Positions 9,995 through 19,086 of a stretch of 64,000 nt of DNA are shown piece by piece. Where the stretch lies: positions 49,250 to 113,249 of the forward strand of contig JADZBE010000031.1 in NCBI GenBank assembly GCA_020852275.1, in the 5' to 3' direction. The stretch's first letter is position 1. Every line of letters begins with the position of its first letter. The DNA is from Phycisphaerales bacterium. Its GTDB lineage: Bacteria; Planctomycetota; Phycisphaerae; UBA1845. Both the position numbers and the translations under genes were made by a program. Under the pieces are notes generated by a model that did no database searches, had not been told where the DNA came from, and saw only the letters and a list, made by a program, of their open reading frames with translations.

Positions 9995-10039
9995 CCCTCG
10001 CCGGCGCTTCGGGTTCAGAACCCGAAGCGCAGGCGAGGG
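9995..10039. repeat. Long near-perfect palindrome; probable terminator or head-to-head repeat downstream of the FGE-domain gene
   Basis: ccctcgccggcgcttcgggtt-cag-aacccgaagcgcaggcgaggg: 21-bp arms with one mismatch, about 40 bp past the stop at 10078. Confidence 0.8.
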
Positions 10040-10077
10040 CGAAAGCGGCTACCTCATCGGTGATCCAACCGATCGGA

Positions 10078-13000
10078 TCACGATCGGAATCGCGCCAGCA
10101 CCAACGCGGCATCGCGCAGGTCCACGTCGCCGTCCGCGTCGAGGTCGCCGGCGGCGGCGTCGAAGCCTGCCGGCTGCCCCGGACCTTCCAGCCATCCGGT
10201 GATGGGCGTCCAGTCATCCAGGTCCACGTCACCGTCCGCATCGGCGTCGCCGTCCCGATGCGCAGTTGCCCGGAGGACGCGAAATCCGACCTGAGGCCCG
10301 ACGAACCCGGGCGAGGCGAAAGTGCGAGCGGTGGTCTTTAGGAGGGGGACGTCGCTGCCGCTCTTCGGGCTGTCGTGCGCCCCGCCGCGCAAGGTTCTGG
10401 AGTTAAGCCGGTCGATGCAGTAGCGGTTGGTCAGCCACTGGTAGGCGTTGCCGGACATGTCGAACAGCCCAAAGGCGTTGGCGTCCGCCCGCGGAAGGAA
10501 GCCGTCGCCGTGGTCCAGGCCGTCGAACCGGGCGACGGGCGTGGTGGAAATGAGGTTGGCCTCGTAGGGGTCGCCGCTCGCCTTGTAGTTGGCGTCCATG
10601 CCGTCGATCGCGTCGCGGCCGAAGCCGTACTTCGTGTTGATCCCCAGGCCCGGGTTCCACGCCGCCGCGGCGTACCACTCGTTGTAGAGCCGGGCATTGT
10701 CCGATCCGGCGGATGAGCAGTCGCGGTCGGCCCCGTCGTCGAAGGGCAGCCTGAAACCCAGGGTGTCGCGGATGAGCTGCTGCTGCTCGCCATCGGTGAG
10801 ATCGCGCACGATCCAATCCGCGTCGCTGATCGTGACTGGATGCCAGCCGTCGACGTTGCCCGACGCGGCCTCCGCGTAGCACCGCTGGTCGGCGGGCAGA
10901 CCCTGGTCCAGCGTGAGCCAATTGCAGAACTTGAGCGCGCCAAACCAGCTCACCGCCGTGACCGGATGATCCTCGAAACCGGGATCGACGGCATACCGGA
11001 CGCCGTCGAAGAAGATCCGCCCGACCTGCGCGCTGTTGTTGATCCTGCGATAGATTTCAACGCCGCCGCCGTCGCTGCCTTCGGTCCCTTCGACTTCGGA
11101 GTGGATGAACACGTCGCCGCTGTCGAGGTCGTGGTAAAGATACTGCCCGCGTTCGTGGGTCTTGTTTGCCCTGGCGTCATTCAGGAACGAAGCGAACTCC
11201 GCGTTAGTTACGTGCGTCCGCCCGGCGACGAAGGCGTGCAGCGGGCCGTTTCTCTGGCGCGAGGCCGGATCCACGAGGCGTTCCTGAACATCGAACAGCG
11301 GAGTGGAGAGCGTCAGCGTCAGGGTCCGTTCGAACGTCTGTCCGGCGGTCAGATCGGAGAAAAGAATGGCGGCTTCGAGCGGCGTACCGATATCAAGCCC
11401 GAGCGTGGACGCGCTGTCGATCTCCACAACCACGGTCGTACGCTCGCCGGGCTGGAGCGTTCCGCCGGCGCTGAGACCGCCGTCGATCCGCAGCCAGTCG
11501 ACGCCGGGATCCGCCTGGGCGGCGCTCCAGTCGATCGGCCCGCGGCTCTCAGGCGGGTTCTTGACCGTAAAGACGCGGCTTCGGAAGTGAATCGGTCCGC
11601 CAGGCCGACCGCCCGCCTCCCACGCCGTGCCCGGCTCCACGCTCATCGAGGGGCGCGAAAGGGTCAGGATCACGCTGCGCTGCACGGACGGGACCCAGTC
11701 GCCTTGGAAGTTGATGACCCCGGTGTAGGTTCCCGGCGCAAGTTGTTCGGTCTGGGCGTTGAACCGGGTGGTTACCTCCTGCGTGCCCTCCGGGTCGAGA
11801 ATCACGCCGTCCGCGGCGTCGAATTCGATCCATGCAGAGCCGGCGGGTGGATCGCTGGTGTCTTCGAAGGTGACGGACCAGTACCACTCCTCGAAGCCCG
11901 GGTTGAAGAGCGTGTAGGTCTGCGAAGCCGGCTTAAAGGGTCCGCCCTCTGTACCTGAGGACTCAAACGCTTCGACAGGCTCGATGCGAAGTCCGTCCAC
12001 ATCGATGAAGATTTCCCGGCTCTGCGTGAAGGTCGAGCCGGATTCGCCCCAGATGAGCGTCACGCCGTGGCGTCCGGACGGGAGGTCGTTGGCGGCGGCG
12101 GCAATCCGGGCAGTGATCGTCGCCGTTTCGTCCTTGTCGGCAAGCGTGCCGGCTGTCGCGTCGAGCTCGAGCCACGCCGTTTCCGGCGGATCCAGCAACG
12201 CCGTCCATTCGATCGAGCCGTCGATGAGATTCGTGAACGTGAAGGCGTGCTCGCCCGGCGTGAACGGACCGCCGGGGTTTCCGGTGGAGACGGATTCGCC
12301 TTCGGGGCTGATGGAAAACGGCGCGGTGACCTCAAGCTGAACCGATCGCGTGAACTCGCTGCCGGTGCAGGCGTCGGCAACCGTAACCGTTGCTTGAAAC
12401 AAACCGGTTGGCAGGCTCGCCGCGTCATCGCCCACGGCCACAAGGAGCGCGGCTTGACCGTGCGCGTCGAGTTCGAGCGAGGCCTGGTCGCCGCCGTTGA
12501 GGGTCAACCACTTGACACCCCCGGAATCGCCCGCGGTTTCCACCCACTGCGCGGACGCCTGCACGGGGAGGTCCGACGCGTTGTCGAGCGTGTAGGCCTG
12601 CTCGCGCGCTTCGGGCAATCGGCCCATCACCGCTGTCGCGGAGAAGTCCTCTGGCGGCGACAGGGCAAGCGGCTCCCGCAGCGTGAGTCGCACAAGTCGA
12701 TCGTGCGTCGCGCCGTCTTTCTGGTTGGTGAAGGTGATCCGGGCCACATTTTCTCCGACGATCAGCCCGTCGGTGCAGTGAGGGTCCAGCCGGACCGTCA
12801 CGGCAGCGGCAGCGTCCTCGGCGATCTGTCCGCCCGCGGGATCAACGACGACCCATGTGCGATCGACCGCCGCGGTGAAATCAACCGGCGCGGCGGAAAA
12901 ATTGAAGACGGTGCAGTCGAAGGTTGTCTGCTGAAGCTCGTAAGGCCCGCCCCAGATGCCGGAGTTTTCGAGATCCGCCTGCGGCGCGATGAAGAGCGAG

Positions 13001-14097
13001 GCGGGGACGCTCTGAGCGATCCGGATTCCGGTCGAGCCGCTGGCGGAGTCCGCGGATCGTGCCGCGGCGCGGGCGGTTTCCAGTGCGGAGCGCGCGCTGA
13101 GGAACCCGCCGCCGCGGTTGCGCCGCTGCGTCTGCGACACGTCCTTGTCCTGCATCCATTCCCAGAGATTGCCGGAGGCGTCGCGCAGGCCATACGCATT
13201 CATGTCGGCGGTGGTCTGGAACAACCCGTCGTGATCCGTGCCGTCGTAGTAACCGGCGGGAGTCGTTGAGTTGTCGAACGGATCGCCGCTGTCGCGGTAG
13301 TTGGCGTCCGTTCCGGACAGCGTGTCGCGCCCGAACCCGTAGACATGGTTCGCGCCGGCGGCGCCGTCCCACGCGGCGGCCTTGTACCACTCGTTGTACA
13401 CGCCGGGGCTGGCGCCGTCCGTGCCGCCGTCCATGGGGAGTCGGTAGCCGAACCGTTGCAGCAGGGCGTCGCGTTCCGCGGCGCTCAAGTCTCGCGATTG
13501 CCAATCCGCGAGGGCGATGGTGACGGGACGCCACTCGGCCGCCGCGGCGGATTCTGCGTAAGCCCTCTGCGCCGCCGGCAGCTTCCTGCTCAGCGTCAGC
13601 CAGTTGCAATATTTCAGCGCGCCGAACCACGTCACTCCCGCAGTTGGATGGTCCGCATGGGCGCCGTCGGGAATGCGATACTGCTGCGCCTGCAAGTCGT
13701 ACACAATCCGGTCGAGATTGACGGAAGCGTCGAACAGCAGCGTGCCTGAGCCGGCCGTGCCGACCTCGCCGGTGCTTGTGGGCGCGAGATACACGTCCCC
13801 GCTGTCCACGTCGAAGTACATGTAGGCGCCGCGGTCATCCGCGAGGTGCGCGAGGGCGTCGTTGAGGAAGCCGGCGAACTCGGCGTTGGTGACTTCCATT
13901 CTGCCGATGCGGAAGTCGTGGACAGGCCCTTGCGGCTGCACATCGAGCTTTCCAACAAACCGCGAGGGCGGGTTCTGCGCCTGCAGGGTGGAGGCGGCAA
14001 GAAGTGACGCCGCAACCGCGCAAGATCCGCGCGAGCGGTTGAGTGGCGCACTCTTTACGGAAGCGCGAACCCCTGAATCTCCCATGTGACGAGCCAT
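10078..14097 (-). CDS. Large secreted protein: FGE-sulfatase/C-type-lectin-fold domain, about 5 BACON/Ig-like repeats, a second FGE-like domain and a dockerin/EF-hand-like tail
   Basis: Two homologous blocks (VTNAEFA.FLNDA; HP..VTWFGALK.CNWLT; YNEWY.AAAW; N.YGL.D.SGN.W/Y.W; RGG...G.R). Intervening repeats 'GGPF.P....FT..N......W.A......WL'. Tail GDADADGDVDLDD...GDLDADGDVDLRD. Start uncertain. Confidence 0.85.
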   Translation of the reverse strand: MARHMGDSGVRASVKSAPLNRSRGSCAVAASLLAASTLQAQNPPSRFVGKLDVQPQGPVHDFRIGRMEVTNAEFAGFLNDALAHLADDRGAYMYFDVDSGDVYLAPTSTGEVGTAGSGTLLFDASVNLDRIVYDLQAQQYRIPDGAHADHPTAGVTWFGALKYCNWLTLSRKLPAAQRAYAESAAAAEWRPVTIALADWQSRDLSAAERDALLQRFGYRLPMDGGTDGASPGVYNEWYKAAAWDGAAGANHVYGFGRDTLSGTDANYRDSGDPFDNSTTPAGYYDGTDHDGLFQTTADMNAYGLRDASGNLWEWMQDKDVSQTQRRNRGGGFLSARSALETARAAARSADSASGSTGIRIAQSVPASLFIAPQADLENSGIWGGPYELQQTTFDCTVFNFSAAPVDFTAAVDRTWVVVDPAGGQIAEDAAAAVTVRLDPHCTDGLIVGENVARITFTNQKDGATHDRLVRLTLREPLALSPPEDFSATAVMGRLPEAREQAYTLDNASDLPVQASAQWVETAGDSGGVKWLTLNGGDQASLELDAHGQAALLVAVGDDAASLPTGLFQATVTVADACTGSEFTRSVQLEVTAPFSISPEGESVSTGNPGGPFTPGEHAFTFTNLIDGSIEWTALLDPPETAWLELDATAGTLADKDETATITARIAAAANDLPSGRHGVTLIWGESGSTFTQSREIFIDVDGLRIEPVEAFESSGTEGGPFKPASQTYTLFNPGFEEWYWSVTFEDTSDPPAGSAWIEFDAADGVILDPEGTQEVTTRFNAQTEQLAPGTYTGVINFQGDWVPSVQRSVILTLSRPSMSVEPGTAWEAGGRPGGPIHFRSRVFTVKNPPESRGPIDWSAAQADPGVDWLRIDGGLSAGGTLQPGERTTVVVEIDSASTLGLDIGTPLEAAILFSDLTAGQTFERTLTLTLSTPLFDVQERLVDPASRQRNGPLHAFVAGRTHVTNAEFASFLNDARANKTHERGQYLYHDLDSGDVFIHSEVEGTEGSDGGGVEIYRRINNSAQVGRIFFDGVRYAVDPGFEDHPVTAVSWFGALKFCNWLTLDQGLPADQRCYAEAASGNVDGWHPVTISDADWIVRDLTDGEQQQLIRDTLGFRLPFDDGADRDCSSAGSDNARLYNEWYAAAAWNPGLGINTKYGFGRDAIDGMDANYKASGDPYEANLISTTPVARFDGLDHGDGFLPRADANAFGLFDMSGNAYQWLTNRYCIDRLNSRTLRGGAHDSPKSGSDVPLLKTTARTFASPGFVGPQVGFRVLRATAHRDGDADADGDVDLDDWTPITGWLEGPGQPAGFDAAAGDLDADGDVDLRDAALVLARFRS

Positions 14098-14505
14098 GGT
14101 GAGGCGCGGGATGTCAAGGCATACCCTCATCGCTGGAGTTCCCCGGCGGGCATTTCACTCTTCAACTGCGTGCGCGAGGCGTATCGGTATATCGGACGAA
14201 GTCGGTGCCGCGGGCCATCCATCAGGCAGGGGTCGAAGATCGTTCGTGCCGCGGCGCTCTACGCATGGGTGGGCGAATTGCCGATGCACACTGAGTATCC
14301 TCGGCCCCCTGAGGATCAGATCCCGGGGCGCCATGTAAGGGGCGGATGGCGGCGCGCCGCGCGTCGGCGGAGGCGGAATGCGCGCGGCGAAAGCTGGGAT
14401 CCAAGGGAGAACGTGGACGAGGTTTCGGCCGCGGGGCCATTGAGGCTGGGGGTCCATCCCGCGCGCCGATGTGTCGATTTGGAAGGATTCCTCGCTGCGT
14501 GACGC

Positions 14506-15642
14506 ATGAAGATCCTGCTCTACAGTGACGACCTCGCCCTGACTGAAACCGCGGGCCTCGCCCTGCGCGCTCGCAATCACGAGCTGGTGATCGAATCGCA
14601 GGCGCAGGCGGCAGGCGAACTCCTGGACCGCGGCGACCTGGAGGGCATCCTCTACGACGCCACCGAGCCGGGACCCGTCTGCCTCAGCATCCTGCGCCAG
14701 AGCCACCACGCGCCGTCGATTCTGCACCGCATCGGAATCGTTCATCCGGACGATGCATCGCGCCTGCTGGAGGTGATCAACGAGGGCGGCGTGGACTTCT
14801 GTGTGCCGAAGCCGGTCAGTGAGGCGCAAGTCGCCGAAGTGCTGGCTAGAATGGAGCTGCGTCAGGCGGAGCTGCAGGCGCGGCAGGAATGGACGCAGTG
14901 CCTCGAGACGCGCATCTCGTCCCAGATCAACCGCGCGGACAAGGCGTTCGAGGACTTGATCTCGGCGCTGGTCATGGCGCTGGACATTCGCGAGAACGAG
15001 TCCGCATTTCACTCGCGCCGCGTAGCGCTGATCTGTCTGTACTTCGCCATCGAGTGCGGCGTGGATCCCGATCATTTCGAGGACATCTACCAAGGGGCGT
15101 TGCTGCACGACATCGGCAAGATCGGCATCCCGGACGCCATCCTGCTCAAGCCCGGCGCGCTGACGCCCGAGGAACGGCAGGTCATGCAGGCGCACGTCTC
15201 GATCGGCGTGAAGCTGCTTTCCGAAATCGATCGCCTCAAGAAGTCGCTCGACATTCCCAGGTTTCACCACGAGCGCTTCGACGGTAAGGGCTATCTGAAA
15301 GGCCTGTCCGGCACGAGCATTCCGCAGGCGGCGCGGATGTTCTCCATCGTCGATGTGTACGACGCGCTGCGCTCCGAGCGTCCGTACAAGGCGCCCAAGG
15401 ATTACGCCACGACGATCGGCATTCTGAACGAAGGCGCGGGCACACAGTTCGACCCTGAGCTGCTGGCCACGTTCCAGCGCATTCCGGTGACGGTGCTGGC
15501 AAGCTTGGGCGAGTCCTGCGCCACGGTCCGCACATTTCCGCAGGCGATGCTCGCGTGCCGCAAGGCGGGGCAGACGCCCACGTCCTCAGCGCGAGAAGAA
15601 TCCATGCCCTTCGATGTGGACGCACAGCCCCTGGCGGTCTGA
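14506..15642 (+). CDS. Receiver domain + HD-GYP phosphodiesterase (c-di-GMP) response regulator
   Basis: N-terminal REC-like domain (SDD, LYD, VPKP), coiled coil, then HSRRV, LHDIGKIGIPDAILLKPGALT, HHERFDGKGYL, IVDVYDALRSERPYK. Confidence 0.92.
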   Translation: MKILLYSDDLALTETAGLALRARNHELVIESQAQAAGELLDRGDLEGILYDATEPGPVCLSILRQSHHAPSILHRIGIVHPDDASRLLEVINEGGVDFCVPKPVSEAQVAEVLARMELRQAELQARQEWTQCLETRISSQINRADKAFEDLISALVMALDIRENESAFHSRRVALICLYFAIECGVDPDHFEDIYQGALLHDIGKIGIPDAILLKPGALTPEERQVMQAHVSIGVKLLSEIDRLKKSLDIPRFHHERFDGKGYLKGLSGTSIPQAARMFSIVDVYDALRSERPYKAPKDYATTIGILNEGAGTQFDPELLATFQRIPVTVLASLGESCATVRTFPQAMLACRKAGQTPTSSAREESMPFDVDAQPLAV

Positions 15643-15777
15643 CGCGTCGTCGCGAGGGTGCCCGCGCATTTCCTTCCTCTTGAGAACGGTCCCAAAGCCG
15701 ACCCGGCACAGCCGTTCCGCCCGCGATCCGGCGAGGGGGACACGGGCAACGTGCTATTCAATTCGGGGGCCCCGGCG

Positions 15778-15783
15778 TATAAT
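15778..15783 (+). promoter_or_regulatory. Candidate sigma70 -10 element (TATAAT) for the small-gene/paaA operon
   Basis: Perfect TATAAT in a GC-rich context 56 bp upstream of the ATG at 15839; the -35 is weak. Confidence 0.35.
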
Positions 15784-15838
15784 ACATGGTGTCCGTAAAG
15801 AGGAGCCTCAGCGGACTCGATGCTTGCGGGGAGTGTCC

Positions 15839-16090
15839 ATGAAACGCGAGGAATTCGAGCAGCGGATCGGCGCAGCGGCCTCACAACCGTTCCGGATCGA
15901 GCTGCGCGGTGGGCAGCGCATCAGCGTGCCGCGCGCGATCAAGTTCTGGATCGGCACCCACATGTGCCACATCGGCATTTTCAAGCGGGGATGGCTGGAT
16001 CGCACGGTCTCGATTCGCATGGAGGAGGTTGAGAGAATCGCGCCCGCCCGCGGATCAGGAAGTCAGCCCCGGCGCGGAAGTCGCCGTTAG
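15839..16090 (+). CDS. Small hypothetical protein, 'PFRxxLxxG' family, paralog 1
   Basis: GGGGAG RBS; MKREEFEQRIGAAASQPFRIELRGGQRISV...WIGTHMCHIGIF...DRTVSI aligns by eye with the next gene. Confidence 0.75.
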   Translation: MKREEFEQRIGAAASQPFRIELRGGQRISVPRAIKFWIGTHMCHIGIFKRGWLDRTVSIRMEEVERIAPARGSGSQPRRGSRR

Positions 16091-16123
16091 TCGGCTTCCA
16101 TCTCCTTGGCGTGGAACACGCAC

Positions 16124-16387
16124 ATGAGTCCGCAGGACGTCTTGTACTGGATCCGACGGCAGCCCTTCATCCCGTTCAGGATGTACCTCAGCACGGGCGA
16201 CGAGTTCGATGTGCGTCGGCCCGAGTTTATTTGGGTTGGGAAGAGCCGTTGCACCGTAGGGCTGTTTGACGACTTCGACAAGGACAGGAATGTGGATGTC
16301 GCTTTGGCCCATATCGCGATGATTGAGGCGGTTCCTCCCTCAATTGATCTTGCGGTATTGGCAAAGGGCGCTGGAGAAAACGCATGA
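16124..16387 (+). CDS. Small hypothetical protein, 'PFxPFR' family, paralog 2
   Basis: MSPQDVLYWIRRQPFIPFRMYLSTGDEFDVRRPE..WVGKSRCTVGLF..DRNVDV; stop overlaps the paaA start (ATGA). Confidence 0.8.
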   Translation: MSPQDVLYWIRRQPFIPFRMYLSTGDEFDVRRPEFIWVGKSRCTVGLFDDFDKDRNVDVALAHIAMIEAVPPSIDLAVLAKGAGENA

Positions 16388-17436
16388 GCTGCGGCGGCGG
16401 AACGGAAGAAATCAAGGTGGACTGGTGCGTGCAGGACGATCCCGCCCGGCTGGCGGAGTTTCAGTCGCGCGTGGATGCCGGCGGGCTGGTCGAGCCGGGC
16501 GACTGGATGCCGCACAATTATCGCGCGGGCATGCTCAAGATGTCCGAGCACCACGCCAACAGCGAAATCGTCGGCGCGCTGCCGGAGGGGGAGTGGATCA
16601 ACCGTGCGCCCTCGCTGCGGCGCAAGCTCGCGCTCATCGCCAAGGTGCAGGACGAGGTCGGTCACGGGCAGATGCTCTACCGCGTCGCGCAGGACCTTGG
16701 CAAGACGCGCGACGCCATGCTCCGCGACCTCATCACCGGCAAGACGCGCTACCACAATGTCTTCAACTACCCCGCGCCGACGTGGGGCGACGTCGCCGCG
16801 ATCCAGTGGCTCGTGGACGGCGCGGCCATCATGAACCAGAAGACGCTCGCCGACGGCAGCTACGGACCGTACGTGCGCACGATGAAGCGCATCAACATGG
16901 AGGAAGCATTTCACTTCAAGAGCGGCGAGGACATGGTGCTCACGATGATGAGCGGCACGCGGCGGCAGAAGCAGATGACGCAGGAGGCGTTCGACCGCTG
17001 GTGGTGGCCTTGCGTGATGTTCTTCGGCCCGCCGGACAAGGACTCGGTGAAAACGACGCCGTTCATGAAATGGCGGATCAAGACGGCGACCAACGACGAG
17101 CTGCGGCAGAAATTCGTGGACCGCTTCGCACCGGCCGCGCTGGACTTGGGACTGAAGATTCACGTCTCGCGCAAGGGCACGGACGGCTTGATCCTCCGGA
17201 AGCCGGACGGCACACCGGACCAGATGCCGGATCCCGAGCTTCGCCGCGACGAGGCCACGGGTCATTGGCGTTTCAGCCAGCCGGACTGGGACGAGTTCTA
17301 CCGCGTCATCAAGGGCGGCGGACCGCTGAACAAGGAGCGCGTCGCGCTGCGGCGATTCTCCTATGAGCAGGGTCAATGGGTGCGCAAGGCCGTGATGAAC
17401 GGGCACGCGGTCGGGACGCCGCCGGGGAGGAACTGA
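16384..17436 (+). CDS. paaA: 1,2-phenylacetyl-CoA epoxidase subunit A (diiron ferritin-like)
   Basis: VEPGDWMP..YR, HANSEIVGALPEGEWINRAPSLRRK, AKVQDEVGHG, EEAFH, RWWWP...FFGPPD, WRIK..TNDELRQKFVD, DWDEF..VIKG.GP. Confidence 0.9.
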   Translation: MSCGGGTEEIKVDWCVQDDPARLAEFQSRVDAGGLVEPGDWMPHNYRAGMLKMSEHHANSEIVGALPEGEWINRAPSLRRKLALIAKVQDEVGHGQMLYRVAQDLGKTRDAMLRDLITGKTRYHNVFNYPAPTWGDVAAIQWLVDGAAIMNQKTLADGSYGPYVRTMKRINMEEAFHFKSGEDMVLTMMSGTRRQKQMTQEAFDRWWWPCVMFFGPPDKDSVKTTPFMKWRIKTATNDELRQKFVDRFAPAALDLGLKIHVSRKGTDGLILRKPDGTPDQMPDPELRRDEATGHWRFSQPDWDEFYRVIKGGGPLNKERVALRRFSYEQGQWVRKAVMNGHAVGTPPGRN

Positions 17437-17438
17437 CC

Positions 17439-17708
17439 ATGAGAGCGGACGATCTGCTCAAGCGGCTCGAAGATCGCCCCTTCAAGCCCTTTCGCATTCA
17501 CCTGACGGACGGCACGGTGCTTCCCATGGATGAACCCGGTATGGTGATCGTGGGGATCTCGACAGCCGTTCTGCCCACACGCTTCCGAAAGACCGCTGAA
17601 GGTCGACGGATGGCCGTGGATTGGCGGACCGTCGCATTGATTCACATGGCGCAGTTCAGTGAACTTGCGCGTCGACGGAACGGGCGAAGCGGCCAGAATC
17701 CTCATTAG
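17439..17708 (+). CDS. Small hypothetical protein, 'PFxPFR' family, paralog 3
   Basis: GGGGAGG RBS inside the paaA 3' end; MRADDLLKRLEDRPFKPFRIHLTDGT...VALIHMAQF. Confidence 0.8.
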   Translation: MRADDLLKRLEDRPFKPFRIHLTDGTVLPMDEPGMVIVGISTAVLPTRFRKTAEGRRMAVDWRTVALIHMAQFSELARRRNGRSGQNPH

Positions 17709-17766
17709 AGAAGCCATCGCCCGCGCGCGATTGAGAATCCCGGCGATGAATTTGGGAAAGTGCGAC

Positions 17767-18372
17767 ATGTCCGTCCTTGCTCGGAATCCGAAGACTTGCA
17801 AACCCGGCTACGCGGGCCTGCGGCTCACCGCGGAGGAGTATTTCAGCCTGCGCGACGACGGGCAGCGTTATGAACTCATTGATGGAGTGGTTGTCATGTC
17901 TCCCAGTCCAACTCCGCGGCACCAGCTCGTGGCGATTGAAGTCGTCAAGCAGCTTTCGAGGCATGTGGACGATCAGGATTTGGGACTGGTGCTTTACGAG
18001 ACGGATGTCGTGTTCGGGATGGGTGCCGATGGCCGCGATCTCGTGTACCGTCCCGAGGTTGTATTCTTCCGAAAGGAACGGGCGGGCACGATCACGGACC
18101 GCATCCGGATTGTTCCGGACGTCGTCGTGGAAGTCGTGTCGCCCGACTCGCGCAGCTTGGACGCCGAGACGAAGTACAACGACTATGAGCGCGCCGGCGT
18201 GGGAGAATATTGGCTTATTGACCCGATCGAAGAGCAAACGAAGTTCTATCGATTGATCGGCGGCCGCTACGTGGAAGCGCCCATCGGCGGGCCCGTGTAC
18301 GAAAGCAACGTCGTGTCGGGTTTGAAACTGAATCTGACTCCGATCCGCGCCGCGTTTCGCCGGCTCGGATAA
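17767..18372 (+). CDS. Uma2/DUF820 family PD-(D/E)XK endonuclease-like protein
   Basis: LTAEEYF, RYELIDGVVVMSPSP..RHQ, YRPEVVF, PDVVVEVVSP, KYNDYERAGVGEYWLIDP. Confidence 0.9.
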   Translation: MSVLARNPKTCKPGYAGLRLTAEEYFSLRDDGQRYELIDGVVVMSPSPTPRHQLVAIEVVKQLSRHVDDQDLGLVLYETDVVFGMGADGRDLVYRPEVVFFRKERAGTITDRIRIVPDVVVEVVSPDSRSLDAETKYNDYERAGVGEYWLIDPIEEQTKFYRLIGGRYVEAPIGGPVYESNVVSGLKLNLTPIRAAFRRLG

Positions 18373-18392
18373 TCTTCGTCGTTCCCGGCGCG

Positions 18393-19037
18393 TCACGGCG
18401 CTTTCTCGGCCTCCCGCGCGAGGGTGAATTCGTTCCCGCATTCCGGACACCGAAGCTCCGGCAGTCCGGTGAGGTTGTATCCGCAGCGCAAACACAGACC
18501 CCGCTTGCGGCGATAGCGCCGGCGGAGTGGGCCGCGGATGAAGGCGCTCAACGGCCAGGCGCTGAAGAGCATGGTTGGGAGCCAAAGGGGGAGGGACACC
18601 GAGCGGCGGCACGTCTTGGTCTTGCGTTCGTGCTCCCTCACGGCTTCGGGTATCGCATCCTCCCCAAACCCGCACCGTCCGTCCCTTTGCAGAATCGACT
18701 CCGAGGCCGCGAACCCGGCGAATCGAACGTCGAAAACGCGCGGGAGCTGTTCATTAGGCAGATCGCGCCAATAGCTGCACTCCAACACGCCGACATTGGG
18801 CGAAACAGAGAAGCAATCGTATTCGTTGATATTGAGAGAACAAGTCCATCCGGAGCCAACCATGGTGGCGAATCCGTACAATTCAAACGGCCCCCATTCG
18901 TACGAGAATGGTTCGACGGAGTCCAGACAGTCGGCGTGCGGGGGTCGCGTGTAGCTGATGCCCCAGAGCGCTCCGAACACGCCCGCCATCAGAGCGCTAA
19001 ACCCCAGCAACATGATCCGCATCGCGCGCATGGCCAC
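18393..19037 (-). CDS. Membrane protein with C-terminal zinc ribbon
   Basis: N-terminal TM, 'VSLPLWLPTMLFSAWP' TM, RRRYRRKRGLCLRCGYNLTGLPELRCPECG. Confidence 0.8.
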   Translation of the reverse strand: MAMRAMRIMLLGFSALMAGVFGALWGISYTRPPHADCLDSVEPFSYEWGPFELYGFATMVGSGWTCSLNINEYDCFSVSPNVGVLECSYWRDLPNEQLPRVFDVRFAGFAASESILQRDGRCGFGEDAIPEAVREHERKTKTCRRSVSLPLWLPTMLFSAWPLSAFIRGPLRRRYRRKRGLCLRCGYNLTGLPELRCPECGNEFTLAREAEKAP

Positions 19038-19086
19038 GCCACATTATACGCGGGGACCGACAGTCCGATGCGTTCGGATCCTGCGG

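Noticed and set aside
10078-14097. True formylglycine-generating enzyme serving the sulfatase at 26606
   Set aside because: Both domains lack the catalytic Cys pair, and the sulfatase-like protein has Thr rather than Cys/Ser at the modified position.
15839-17708. Small genes as paaB
   Set aside because: They lack PaaB-type motifs (EVF, H.GS.HA.D..MA..NARD.Y.RR) and instead resemble each other.
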